A stretch of DNA of 64,000 nt, taken from Chiloscyllium plagiosum. Its lineage: Eukaryota. Shown here piece after piece: positions 50,376 through 63,109 of this stretch. A model generated the notes under the pieces. That model saw only the letters and a program-made list of their open reading frames with translations, did no database searches and was not told the DNA's origin. A program made the translations under genes and the position numbers. The stretch spans positions 3,381,216-3,445,215 of the forward strand of contig NC_057720.1 of assembly GCF_004010195.1 (NCBI RefSeq), written 5' to 3'. The first letter of the stretch is position 1; each line of letters begins with the position of its first letter.

Positions 50376-50667
50376 ATGGGTTTTATTATGACTTGATGTT
50401 AATTTGTTCTGAGCATGTACCTCATTATTTAATTATTATGTTATCCCTTTATTTTCCTTTGGAGTAATGTAAAATATTTTATTAGATTAGTAGTTAGTTG
50501 AGTGTTTTGTTTTCTTTATCTTTTTGTTTGCTATGTTTTGGCTATTATTTATTTAATATTTAATTGTGTATTAATGTTTGTTTTTGTGTGTATTATTTTG
50601 TAAGTTTGTTATAATATGTTATAAAGAATAATTTTCTTTTTCTTCAATAAAAATATCTATCAAAGAA
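50376..50667 (+). mobile_element. AT-rich polyadenylated retro-insert (L1/Tx1-like 3' UTR), 6-bp TSD
   Basis: T-rich body, AATAAA at ~50646, A-rich end; aaagat at 50370-50375 and 50668-50673. Confidence 0.55.
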
Positions 50668-50969
50668 AAAGATTGAGCTACCTCTGAAGTACAGGATTCC
50701 AAAGGTTCACATGCCTCTGAGTAAACTATTTCTCCTCAGCTCAGACATATATGGCATTCCCCCCACCCCCTCCCTTATGTTTAAATTGTGCCACCTGGTT
50801 CTAGACTTCCCAACCAGGGGAATCATCTCACCTGTCTATCCCTTTCAATATTTTCTAAGTTTCAATGAGATGGCCTCTCATTCTTTAAAACTTGAGAGAA
50901 TAAAGGCCCAGTTTGCCGAATCTCTCCTCATAGGACAGTTTCAGCATCCCAGAAACAAGTCTGAGTGCA

Positions 50970-51190
50970 CCTTCATTGAACTTAACTCCAATCTCTCCTC
51001 CCTGACCTATCACCTTCATCCCCTCCCCCACTCACCCATTGTACTCTATGCTACTCTCTCCCTACCCCCACCCTCCTCTAGCTTATCTCTCCATGCTTCA
51101 GGCTCACTGCCTTTATTCCTGATGAAGGGCTTTTGCCCGAAACGTCGAGAACTGCTGTGCTCTTCCAGCACCACTAATCCAGAATCCAGG
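50970..51190 (+). mobile_element. PLE-derived family A unit
   Basis: Pyrimidine-rich leader, hammerhead motif, then ctgctgtgctcttccagcacc. Confidence 0.75.
51116..51149 (+). ncRNA. Minimal type-I hammerhead ribozyme motif, family A
   Basis: TTC CTGATGA A GGGC-TTTT-GCCC GAAA CG TC GAG. Confidence 0.75.
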
Positions 51191-52099
51191 TGCAGTCCAA
51201 ATGGCTTATTGTCTATATTGCCATCTGATCTGAAAGAGCTGCTTTGCCACCTCTTAAATGCAATTCTAGTTTGATCAAAAAAATCTAGCTTCACAATCAG
51301 GGAGACAGATGGGAATTTACAGATAAGAACTCTATTTAAATGGAGAGAGATTGTAGATCTCCATGGAGCACAGTGATCTGGGCGTCCTAAAAAGTATGGC
51401 AAGTGATTAGGAAGACAATGGAATGTTGGTGTTTATTACAAACAGTGTGGAACATAGTGTATGAAATACTAACGCAGCTCTACATGGTCTTTGTGAGAGC
51501 ACATCAGGCATACTGGAAGTAATTTTGTTTCCTTATTTGAAAAAAGATATAACTACGTTAGAAGCAGTTCATAGAAACCTCATTTCTCTTAATCCTGGGA
51601 TGAAGGGTCTTATCTTATGAAGAATGGTTGAGCAGGTTGGCTCTTAATCCATTGGAGTTTAGAAGAATGAGAACCAATCTCGTTGAACCACTTTAAGATC
51701 CTGAGGGGAATGGATTGCGTAAATTATGAGAAGATGATTCCCCTTGTAGGATAGACTTGACTAAGGGGACACAGTTTCAGAATTAAGTGTCTCCCTTTCA
51801 AGATGAGGAGAAGCATTTGCTGACAGAGGGTCATTTATACTTGGAATTCTCTTCTGTAGAAAGCATTGGAGTATGGGTTATTGAATTTGTTTAAGGTTGA
51901 GTTAGACCAATTTTTAATAGGCAAGTGTATAATACAAACAGAAATTTGGGGCTGAGACACAATCAGATCAACCATGATCTTATTGAATGATAGAGCAAGC
52001 CCAAAGGCTGAAAGGACTGATTTTGCTCCTAATGATTCTTAGAAGAATTTTGCAACATACAGCCCAGCAGCCCATACTGAAAATAAACTATCCAGTTAA

Positions 52100-52580
52100 T
52101 CCTATTTTCCAAAATTCATTCATGGGACTTGGGTGTCACTGGCTGGACCAGCATTTACTGCCCATTCCTAGTTGCCCTTGAGAAAGTTGTGGCAAACTCC
52201 CTTCTTGAACAGCTGCAGTCCATTTGCTGGACATGTACTCTTGGTGTCCTTAGGGAGGGAATTCCAGGATTTTGACCCAGCGACAATGAAGGAACGGAAA
52301 TTTATCAAAAGCAGGATGTGTGTGGCTTGGAGGGGAATTTGGTGGTTTTCCTATGTATCTGCTGCCTTGTCCTTCTAGGTAGAAGTAATCGTGGGTTTGG
52401 ACGGTGCTGACTAAGGACCCTTGGCGAATTGTTACAAAGCATTTTCCAGATAGTATGCACTGCAGTTACTGAGCATCGGTAGAGGTGGGAGGGGATGTTT
52501 GTGGGTTTGGTCCCCATCAAGCAGGCTGCTTTGCCCTGGATACGCTTTTGAGTGCTGTTGGAGCTGGATCCATGCCATTG
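52100..52580 (-). mobile_element. L2-like LINE 3' fragment
   Basis: Reverse homologue of 25050-25560 (IQGKAACLMG). Confidence 0.65.
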
Positions 52581-52678
52581 CCTCACTTTTTCCCCAAAGC
52601 TTTTTCATTCAGACTGGGGAAGCTGGGAAGGTGAGATTTAATAAAAATATTGAAAATTACGATGAAAGGTTAGACTAT

Positions 52679-55370
52679 AGTGATTATAAAGAGGGCAGTC
52701 AGGTGGACCTTATCAAATATGAATTCCCTTATTTTGACACTGTGAGAGCTGGCTCTGAGGGAGCAGGACCAGTGTCAAGGATGTTCAATGTGTGAATATA
52801 GGCTAACTTGGTGACAGGATACCAGCCTCTGTGGAGTTATTTCAGTGGCGACCAGAGTAAAGCACATTTTTGAAGAAACTTACTCACAATAGTCGTCTTT
52901 GAGTTGGGGTCAGCATTTCTGGCATCATGCTAATATTTGGGAAATTTGACTCAATCATTCCTGCCATAGAGTCATAGAGTCCTACAGCACAGAGGCAGGC
53001 CCTTTGGCCCAAACTGTCCATGCCGACAAAGATTGGGCCCAGCATGTGGAGAGAATACGTTATTGTTTTCTGGCAAATGACATTGGGACAGATAAAATGC
53101 AATGAGTAATTCTTCTCACAGTTTGTGGACCTGCAACTTTTTCAGTTGTTAGGAGTTTAACTTTCCCCAAGACATCAGATATTAAAACCTTTCAAGAGTT
53201 GATGTATTTAGTCAAGGAATATTACAAGCCCAAGCCTCTTCCAACTCTGAGATGCTATTATTTTCACTCAGCAATTGGAGAACCAGGGGAATTCGGATTG
53301 GGATTTTAGACGAGGTTAAGATGACTGACAGAGGCATGTGACTTAGGTTTAACCCTAATGTGATGTTGAAAGACTAGTTGGTATATGGGATTAATGATGT
53401 AACCCTGCAAAAGCACCTACTGGCTGAAGCCCTTCAGTTGCTATAAGTGGCTTTACCATTGGAAAATACAGCAGGTGGATCATATGAGTTACAGGATATG
53501 CTGAAGGAATGAACACACTCATCAGGCTGACTGAGATTGGGAAATACCACTTGAGTGAATGCAATTGTATAGTCTCACTCAGGAGATATCCTGAACAAAG
53601 GAACTGTATGTGTCAGCCCACAGCAAAACCCCAAAATAAAGTCAAGCCTCAGCCAATGGTTAAAATGTTCTTCAGGATCCAGGCCGGCAAGCCATTATAG
53701 TTGCTGCTGGTATGCAGACTCGGTACAGCAAGTTCAACTGAACTAGACCTAAAATGAGTAAGAGAATTCATAAGCTGATATCCAGGAGAATGTACACTCT
53801 GGAAGTCCACCTATGTCCGGTTTGGAGCAGTTAAATTGCTTAGCAACATTCAAATCAGAACTAGTCAAAATAAACATCTGGTTAAATGGTCATCTGGTTC
53901 TCAAGGAGGTTGATACCAACGAGTCCATTTCAGTGGTTGCAGAACCAGTATTTTAACTAAATTAACTCAGGGTTCCAACCCTTAATTTGTGCAGGAACTT
54001 GGCTGGACTGAGAATCTATACTGGGGAACATTTACAGAATAAGGGTACAACTTTTGTTTTGGTTTCATATGAGAAGCTGTTGGTTCAGTTACCACTGACT
54101 GTAGCAAAAGACTCAGATGGTTGAGAAAGGTTCACCTAGATTGGCTCAACTTTTTTGATTTGAAAATGGATGCTCAAATGAAGTCCTAATTAAATACCCA
54201 GAGATTTTTCAGAAAGGTTGAGGGACTATCAAAGGAGCCAAGGCCAACATGCATGTTTACGGTAATTCCGTGCAAGAATCACCCCGTGCCATTTGCCTTA
54301 CAGGCTAAAAGCAGAGGCAGAAATCAAATGTTTGGAAAATGAAGGAATCATCAAACCAGTTCAGTTTGAAAAATGGACAGCACCAGTCATACTGACTTTG
54401 AAGCCCGACAGGTCAGTTCACCATTGTGGGGTGAACAAACGATAAACTGCTTCTCACAGCTGGATAACTATCCAATCCCTTACAGAGAGGATTTACAGAG
54501 AAAGCTGGAAGGGGGGCTGTCCTTCACAAAGCTGGACATGAGCCATGCACACTTGCAATCATAGTTAAATGAGGATTCCTAGAAGTATGCTACAATTAAT
54601 ATTCAATGCACAAGATTCCATTTGGAATATCATCAGGCTGTACAATCTTTCAGGCAGATTGTGATTTATCTGCTTGATATGCTAATAACAGGGAACAGCA
54701 ATAAGGAACACTTAGAAAACTTGGATGTAGTCCTTAGGCATTTCTCCCAGGTGTGTGTATGCCTTTGAAGGGAAAAAGGTGTTTTCTAGGCAATCCAAGT
54801 TACCTACTTGGGATGCAGAGTTGACGAGAATGGGTTTTGGACATGGAAAGATCTGCTCCTGGCAAAACTGAAACAGCTGGTTGGGACGAGGGAAAGCAAA
54901 GGGCTGTCAAAACCTGAACTGAAACCTATTTGGAGCTGGAGTGACCAGATCGCAGTACACGACGGCATATTGTTCTGGGGAGCAAGAATGATTGTCCCGA
55001 GCAAAATCTCCGCCAGATACTGGCTGAACTCCACCAGGGCCATTCATGGGTTTCCAAACTGAAGAGGTGGTGAGCTCAGGTAGGTGTAACAGTTCTGAAC
55101 AGGCAGGTGGACTTGCAAATGGTACGGGAGCAAAACATGCTCCGCACAGTCGGAGTAGCTGTCAGAACCTGCGGGTCTGCCCTCTCTGTCAAACATTAAA
55201 GAAACATCGAATACTGAGATGGACATGGCAGAACTTGCTGCATCAACGCCTTTGCTGCCAGAAGAAGAGAATGAATCTCTCCCAAGACACACTGGGTACA
55301 AGATGTGAGTGAACATGCATTACACACTGCCCGTATTGAAAGCAGAGTCAGAGGAACCTAACCCAGTTCC
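52679..55370 (+). mobile_element. Decayed Ty3/Gypsy LTR retrotransposon (5' LTR, PBS, gag, protease, RT, integrase N-terminus)
   Basis: LTR ends ...ttatttCA (52844) then PBS tggcgaccag; gag DWAQHVERIRY..ILLTVCGPATF; protease LNGHLVLKEVDT; RT YPIPYREDL..FTKLDMSHAH; GILFWGARMIVP..LAELHQGH. Confidence 0.88.
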
Positions 55371-55764
55371 TGTTATCACCTATTCAGAATTTACCACTGT
55401 CGGCAATCCCTTTATCTGCTTTCCTTTTCTTCCTCTCTCTCTCTCTCGCTCTATGTCTCTCTGGGTCCCATTTCCATCTATTTGCCCCACCCTGAGATCA
55501 GCATAATGACCGACTTTCCCCAGTTGTTTTCAGTTCTCAGGAAGGGTCACTGGACTCAAAACATTAACTCTGTTTTTCTGTCCACAGATGCTCCCAGACC
55601 TGCTTAGTTTCTCCAGCAATTTCTGTTTATGTTTGTGATAGAATTTTACATTATGTTTGAAAGTGGGGTATTTAATTATGAAGCAAGGGTGTTACGTTTG
55701 AATAAGGGAAGTAATGAAGGCATGAGGCACAAATTGGCTGAGGTGGATTGAGAAAAAACATTTT

Positions 55765-56548
55765 CCAAGGTGGCAACCAAGTAACAATGCTGCATCCCAG
55801 ACCTCTGTCTGTTTTCTTTGTTTTTTTTTTCACTTTTACATTTTACTTGTGCTCTCTTTCTTTTATCCGTATTTTTTTCTCTTTAAAAGCCTGTTTGGCC
55901 TAATCTGCAGGGCGAGTGCAGGCCCCACCTCCTGAGCTTGTGTGGCAGCAGTGGCAAGAGTCGACACCTTGATAACAGTGAGCCCTTAGACAGTTTGTGA
56001 GGGCAGTGAGTGTGGGCCCAGCGGCGAGAGACGGCACCAGAGCATGGTGACTTCCAATTTGATGGCTCCACCAACCCAGGACTCAAGGCAGTGACAGCAG
56101 CACCAGCTTTCATGATAGCAGCCACAGCGAAATGGCCTTTGCAGTGGACTGAGAAAACGGCATCTGTGGTTGGCGTCGCAATCAGGGCTTTACACTTTAG
56201 CTGCGGCAATGCAGTAGGCCCGAATTGGATCAATAGGAGTGGCAGTTGCATTGGCGGCAGCATGGTAGGCCCGGTATGGTGCTCCACGTGACGGCAGTGG
56301 CCCCGGTGCAGGGCTCCTACAGTGGGCTGTGATGTGGGAGTGTTGGTGGACCCAGAGCCCCTTGTGGAAACCATCCACCCCCAACCCCATGATGTCGAAC
56401 AGAGCACAAGAAGAGCTCTGTTTTAGTTATATTCTAGTTATATCCTAATATTTCCTCCAACTGAAAATGGCTTCAGAGTGTGGCAACATATTACACTTTT
56501 CATTGTATTCATTTGTTAAATATAGGTGACAATAAATCATTCAATTCA
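55765..56548 (+). mobile_element. Unclassified non-autonomous element with GC-rich body and Rex1-type tail
   Basis: Interrupts an old CR1; ends acttttcattgtattc...gtgacaataaatcattcaattca like the Rex1 tails in this window. Confidence 0.5.
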
Positions 56549-56549
56549 T

Positions 56550-58045
56550 TACAAGTCATGACTATATTAAAGCAATGCGCAGCTTTTAAAGAATTATTTC
56601 ATGGCCTTGTGCAGCTATGGATTTCTTCAAAAGCTCGATGGTCAGTCAACAGTGACTAACAAAGGATGTTTGGGATTGTGTAAAATGAAAAGAAAAGGCC
56701 AAAGAAGTTGCCAGAAATAACAGTAATTTTGAGGATTGAGAAGTATAGAATACAACAAAGAAGGACCAAGAAACTAATAAGGAAAGGGAGAATAGAATAC
56801 AAATACAATCTAGTGGAAAAACAAATACTACAAACGTTTCCAGAGGTATGTAAAATTGAACCGTTTGGCTGAAATGAATGTGGTCCATTAGAGGCAGAGT
56901 CAGGGAATTTATAATGTGGAATAGAGAACTGGCAGAGATGGTAAATGATTGTGTCTGTTTCCAGTGAGGAAGATACAAAATATCTCCAACAACTAGAGTG
57001 GCTCGGGAAAATAAGGAACTAAAGGAAATTATCATTAGCAAAAGCAATTGTACTAGAAGAATTAATGGGGCTGCAAGTTGACAAAATTGTCAGGACAGTT
57101 CTTTGAAGGATGTAGACCATCCAATGAAGGGTGGCACGGGGGTCAGTGGTTAGCACTGCTGCCTCACAGCGACAGGGACCTGGATTTGATTCAAGCATTG
57201 GGTGACTGTCCGTGTGGAGTTTACACATTCTCTCTGGGACTGTCTGCTTTCTACCGGGTGTTCCAGTTTCCTTGTACAGTCCAAAGATGTGCAGGTTAGG
57301 TGGAATGGTCATGCTAAATTGCCCATAGTGTCCAGGGATGTGTATGTTAGATGTGTTAACAATGGGAAATGCAGGGTTTCAGTAAAACAGTAGGAGGATG
57401 GGCCTGTTTTGGATGCTGTTTGGAGGATTGGTGTGGACTTGTTGGGCTGAATGGCCTGTTTTCATAGTAGGGATTCTATTCTCTTTTAAGGAAGTAGCTT
57501 TAAAGATAGTAGATGTACTGATGATTATCTTCCAAACTTCCTGGATTCTGGAATGATTCCTGTGCATTGAAAGATAACAAATGTCACTCCTATATTTAAA
57601 AGGAAGCGAGAGAGAAGGCAGTGAACTATAGATCTATTAGCCTTACATCAGTAATAATAGAATCTTAGGACAGGATAAATAGACATCTGTTTGACAATGG
57701 TCTGATTGGGTATAGTCAGCATGGATTTGTAAATGGGAAATCATGTTTGATGAACTTGTTGGAGTTTTTGAAGATCTTAACATGATAATGATAAAGGAGA
57801 GCCGATGGACATAGCATACTTGGACTTCTGGAAGACTTTTGATAAAGTCCCTGACAGGAGGTGGGTTAGAAAAGTTACTGTCCATGGGCTGAGAGGTTAT
57901 GTACTGATGTGAATTAATGACTGGCTAATAGACAGAAAAAAACAGAGTACATAGAGTAGGAATAAATGAGTCATTCTCATATTGGCAGATTGTGATGATT
58001 AGGGTGCCACAAGGATCAGTACATGATCTCCAGCTGTTTGCAACC
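56550..58045 (+). mobile_element. Old CR1 ORF2 (linker to RT) remnant
   Basis: NVTPIFK, NYRSISLTS, QHGFVNGKSCL, FDKVP and GVPQGS-like motifs across stops. Confidence 0.75.
57131..57480 (+). mobile_element. HE1/V-SINE-like SINE, near full length
   Basis: tRNA head ggcacgggggtcagtggttagcactgctgcctcacagc; V-domain gtgtggagtttacacattctc; CR1-like tail gggctgaatggcctgttt. Confidence 0.85.
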
Positions 58046-59694
58046 TATACAAGTAGTGAACTGATTAATTGTATTAGGGTGTGATGGCAGGATGAAATTT
58101 GCTTGTTGCTAAAATTAGTATGTGGCAGAAACTATATTTTCTGGTTGCGCAGTGCCGGTCACATGCAAACCAATCTTATTTGTGATATAATTGTATTGTG
58201 AACAATTCCTCTTGAAGCTAAGCAAGATTTTCAGACGTAAAGCCCGTATTGAAATCATTCATTGAAACAGCACATCTTTCTATGGTTGCTATTTGTTATA
58301 ACATTTTGTGCATTGTATAAATTAATCTTCAGAGGAAATTACTTTCAATCATTCTCCTTCTAAGTGGTATAGATTAGATTGTGGTGACTCACTATTAAAA
58401 AAGAGTCAACATTCTTGGTTCCTGATTGCAGCAACAGCTTTAAGCCCAAACACACTCAAGCCCATGACTCAAATACAAAACATCGTAAATGTATTGATTT
58501 TAGGATATGCTGGATATAGATTAAAATTTCTAGAATTTTAAACAATAATGCTTCTATTGTCCTCTACAAAAATATACAATAAAAATACAGAAATTGAATT
58601 CTTTTTTAACCTACATCTTTATTGTTAATTCGTCAAACTGCATGATTCACTAACACACAGCATCCTTTATCAGCCTCTACCTGAACTTCAAGCTTCCAGC
58701 ATCGAATTTTGAGGATGGGTCTCCCATGCTCATTCTATCAATTCCCATACTCCGTCTGGGATTCAATACAGGAATCATTTTTGTTGACGTTCTTGTGGAT
58801 TATAATCTCTACTTATACAATGTTACCCACATTTTTGAATATGTGAGTTTTGTGCTTAGAATGCCTCAGGTACTTTTTGTTGGCAGCAAGTTTCAAATTT
58901 TCACAACTCTGTGCATAAAGAAGTTTCTCCTAAATTCCCAGCTGGATTTTTTTGGGCTTATCTTCTACTTAGTTTTATTTTAGTGCTTATCTTATATTTA
59001 GTTCCTTATTGCCTTACAAGTTGAAACATCTTCTGTCATATCTACTCTATCAAGCCTTTCATAATTGTAAAATATCGCAGCGGGTCACCTGATTCCTGAA
59101 GAAAGAGCTTCAGCCTGAGCAGCCTCTCCTGAACAATATGTTCAGGCAGTTCTGCTGTCATCCATGCACAGCTCTTAAAGAGTTTTGATACAATTTATGG
59201 CTCCTTGATCTGTAGGTTCGTTTCTTTAATCTTAGAATTCTTTTATTCATAAATATTATTGTTAGATATACTTAGCATATTAGTAACAACACTTTATAGG
59301 GGTAAGAATTGCAATATACTTCAATGTTGTGTGGTACTTGTAAATCCTATATTGTCTTGTTGAGCATTTCCACAGGTCAGGTTCTGGTAAGCACCTTGCA
59401 TGTACATCTGTGCTCGCTACCATACCATCTTGATATTAAAATTGTCATCCTTGTTTTCAAACCAATTGGCCTTGCATCAATTCAATTATCAGTGAAGCCT
59501 CCTCCAGCCCCATACTCTTCAAGGCTGTGGTCTTGCGTATTACTGATTTTGATCACCCCCCCACCGTTGGTGGCTTTAGCTGCTGGGCCCAAAGCTGTGG
59601 AATTCTGTCTCTAATTCTCTCCAGCTCTCTCCTACTTTAAGGTGCTGCCTGATACCAATCTCTCTGACCATGCTCTCAGCTCCTTCTCCTCCAA

Positions 59695-59915
59695 GGGTGG
59701 AATGGTGACACAGGAGTACAGGAGTTAGCACTGCTGCCTCACAGCACTCACAACTTGAGTTTGATTCCAGCCTCAGGTGTCTGTCTGTGTGGAGTTTGCA
59801 CATTCACCCTGTGTCTGTGTGGGTTTGCTCTAATTTTCTCTCACAGTCCAAAGATGTGCAAGTTAGGTGGCTTGACCATGCTAAATTGCCCTGTAGTGTT
59901 CAGGGATGTGCAAGC
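59695..59915 (+). mobile_element. HE1/V-SINE-like SINE, 3'-truncated
   Basis: gttagcactgctgcctcacagc...tgtgtggagtttgcacattc. Confidence 0.8.
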
Positions 59916-60671
59916 ACAATACCTAATTACCATAGCCTGAAGACATATATTGTTCAAGTTCTACTGTGCTCAATGCATTTGTGTTTTGTTGTTTAAAATT
60001 GATCAAGGAACAGAATGTGAAATTTCTATGATCTGCAAAGAGCTAGTTTTCTCCTGGTGCTCTGAAGGTAATAATACTCCTGGCTTTTTTCCTCATAAGC
60101 ACAGCTATAGTACTGCAGGAGAGTAATCTGAAAATTGTCTGATCTTACTAACACAAGCTTCAATCTGGCTGATGAACTATTCATTTGCAACTCATCCTCG
60201 GTCTGCAGAATGTTAGCTGATTCTTACTTTCCATCCACTGCTATAATGAAAATATTTATATCCAGATACATGATGAAGAGCAAGAAGAAAAGCTAAATTA
60301 GCACAATCAATTTAGCTGATGCAAATTTCAACTGTTGCTTTTCATCACATACTTTTTTACTTATAATAGGACCTTTTAGTTGGGATCCAAAAGGTTTAAG
60401 ATTTCCCACAGTGAGGACCTTTGGGCATTAACAGTGATTGATTTAAAGTCTGTGGAACATGTAATGACTGAAGGCTGGAATTTCAAACATCTTTTGAGAA
60501 GCTGACACAAGTAGGAGATTTGGTCTGTACATGACCTAACTGAACTAAGCTTTCTGTGGCTGCCATACGGCTTCAGGCTGAAATTCTCTCGCAATGTTGA
60601 TAGAATAACTGAGATGGAAATGCTGCAATAGGCAAAATTATTTCATAATAAATGTTGAGTTCATTCATTCT

Positions 60672-60790
60672 TGCCTATGCCCGAAACGTCGATTCTCCTT
60701 CTCCTTTGATGCTGCCTGACCTGCTGTGCTTTTCCAGCAACACATTTTTGAGCTCTGATCTCCAGCACCTGCAGTCCTCACTTTCTCCTA
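60672..60790 (+). mobile_element. PLE-derived family A stub
   Basis: tatgcccgaaacgtcgattctcc...gcagtcctcactttctcct. Confidence 0.75.
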
Positions 60791-61265
60791 TGTGTCACAG
60801 AGCCATGGCCTCAAATCCCACTCTGGGGACTTGTGTGTAAAATCTACAGTGACGCTCCCAGTGTGGTACCAAAGGAGAGCTTTGAGCAAGATGTTAGCAT
60901 GCTTTACATGTAACATGCCTTGTTAAAGATCTCATGTGATTATCTTGGTGAAGGAAAAGAGCAGAAAGCAGAATACTGCAGATGCTGGAAATTTACAATA
61001 AAAACACAAAACTCTGGGAATATTCAGCAAGCTGTGGCAGGATCTGATGGAAAGTATTCCCAAGTGTACCATCTAATCAATATCAATAAGCAAATAATCC
61101 AATAATTTGTCGCAGTGTTATTTGTGGGTGCTTGCTGTGCGTGTACTGGCTGGTACATTTCTTACATTTCAGAGACCACACTTGAAGACTTTTTAATACA
61201 CTGCAAAGCACTTTGCAAAGTTCAGAGATTGTGAGGGGCATTTACAGCAACATTCTTCCTTTGAT
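60790..61265 (+). mobile_element. Deu-domain-like SINE, decayed, with a nested family C stub
   Basis: tcaaatcccact head; gtgggtgcttgctgtgcgtgtactggctg...gcactttg tail. Confidence 0.5.
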
Positions 61266-61442
61266 CCCATCCTGGTAGGGGGTATGGATGCAACTGTCCC
61301 TCCAGACAATGTCATTGATGCTGCTTGATGGCCCCTGTCAATGCCAATGCTTGAAGGAGATCCAGCATGGGCACCTCCTGCCAAGTTAATGGAAATGCTC
61401 CTGGAGGCTGGTTCCTCCGTGCCAACTACTCCTCAGAACTAA

Positions 61443-61790
61443 GATTTGATTTGATTTATTATTATTGTCACATGTACCTAGGTACAGTGAAAAGTCTTGT
61501 TTTGCTTGCAGTATAGGCAGATCATACCATACAAAGTGCATAAGGGCAATAGGCCAGAGCAGGGAATACAATCTGGTTGCAGAGAGTCAGGTCAACATTA
61601 AATTTGAAATTTGAGAGGTTGATTCGGAATTCTAGTAACAGTGGGGAAGAAGCTATTCTTGAATCTGTTAGTCCGTGTGCGTAACCTTTTGTATTTTCTG
61701 CCTCACAGAAGAGATTGGAAGAGATTATAACCAAGATGGGAGGGGTCTTTGATGATGTTGGCTGCCTTTCTGAGGAAACAGGAAGTGTAG
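61443..61790 (-). mobile_element. Rex1/Babar 3' fragment
   Basis: KAANIIKDPSH; (ATTTG)n tail. Confidence 0.85.
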
Positions 61791-63109
61791 CTCAAATCCT
61801 TTAGGTCTAGCAGGACCACTGCTGCCTTCTCCCACTTCATCTCATTTACCCATATCAGGGAGCACTTCAAGAACAGGAGATCACAAAATAGTAAGTTCAA
61901 TGTTACAAATAATGAAATGCCATGCAATGAAGAGAAGGCAATTAAACCCTTCAAGAATGTTCCTCCATTCAGGTATATCATGTCGAATCTGTATCGTCAG
62001 TTCAGCTAACAGCCTCGGTTTTGAACTTGTTAATAGCCTTGCTGAACAAAAATTGATCAATTTCAGCTTCAAAATTTTTAACAGATCCCTATGTTAAACT
62101 GCATTTTTGGGGACCAAGACTTCCAGATTTTCACTGTCCCTTGTGTAAAGAACTGCTTCCTGACAACAGTGCAGAACTGCTGACGTCTAATTATAAGGTT
62201 TTGCCCTTGTTCTGGATGCTCTGTACTTAAAGGGATAGCATTAGGGAGAAAGAAATACAGGAACATAGGAACAGCCCATTAAGTCTGCTTCACCATTCAA
62301 TTAGTTCTTGGCTGACCTTCTGCCACAATGCCTCTTTCCTGCACTTATCTGGGGATATTTCTATATTCATTAATGCAATTAATCTCCAAAAATTGATCAA
62401 TATATTAAATCTGCTCAGTGATCAGGTTTCCATAGCCCTCTGAGACAGAGAATTCCAAAGATACGCCACCCTCTGAGTGAAGAAATTCCTCCTCATCTCA
62501 GTCTTAATGTCCACCCTCTACATTGAGATTATGTCTTCTGGTTTTAGACTCAGTAGTCAAGGGAAACATTTTACATAAACCCATCTTATCACACCCTGTA
62601 AGAGTTTTGTTTCAATGAGGTCACCCTTCATTCTTCAAAATGCTACAGAATACAGGCCAAATTTCAGAAAACAATCCCATCAACTAGGGGATTAATATAG
62701 TTAATTTCTGTTGCACTGGGTCTATAAAAGTTTAGCCCTCCTTAGAAAAGAGGGTTAAAACTGTACAGAAAACTCCAGATGGGGTCTCACCAAGGCTCCA
62801 CATAACTGCAGCAAGATATCTTTACTCCTGTGCTCAAAGGCGAATACAATGGAGGCCAACACACTAGTTATCTTCCTAATTGCTTGCTGTACCTGCATGG
62901 TGGCTTCTAGTTATTCATGAACAAGGTCAAATAGTCTCTTTGGACATCTGAACTATTTAGGATTTTTGGGATGCTATTAGTACCTTCTACTATGAAGAAT
63001 GATGCAAAGTATTTATTCATCTTCTGTGCCATTTTTTGATACTCATTATTATTTCCTAGGTCTTATTCTCTAAGGGATTTATGTTCACGATGGCTTCTTT
63101 CTTCCCTTT

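Noticed and set aside
55883..56407. 174-aa minus-strand ORF
   Set aside because: No recognisable domain; expected by chance in a GC-rich repeat body
57131..57200. tRNA genes (also ~36620-36690, ~59700-59770, ~2765-2820)
   Set aside because: They are degenerate tRNA-derived SINE heads that continue into SINE bodies
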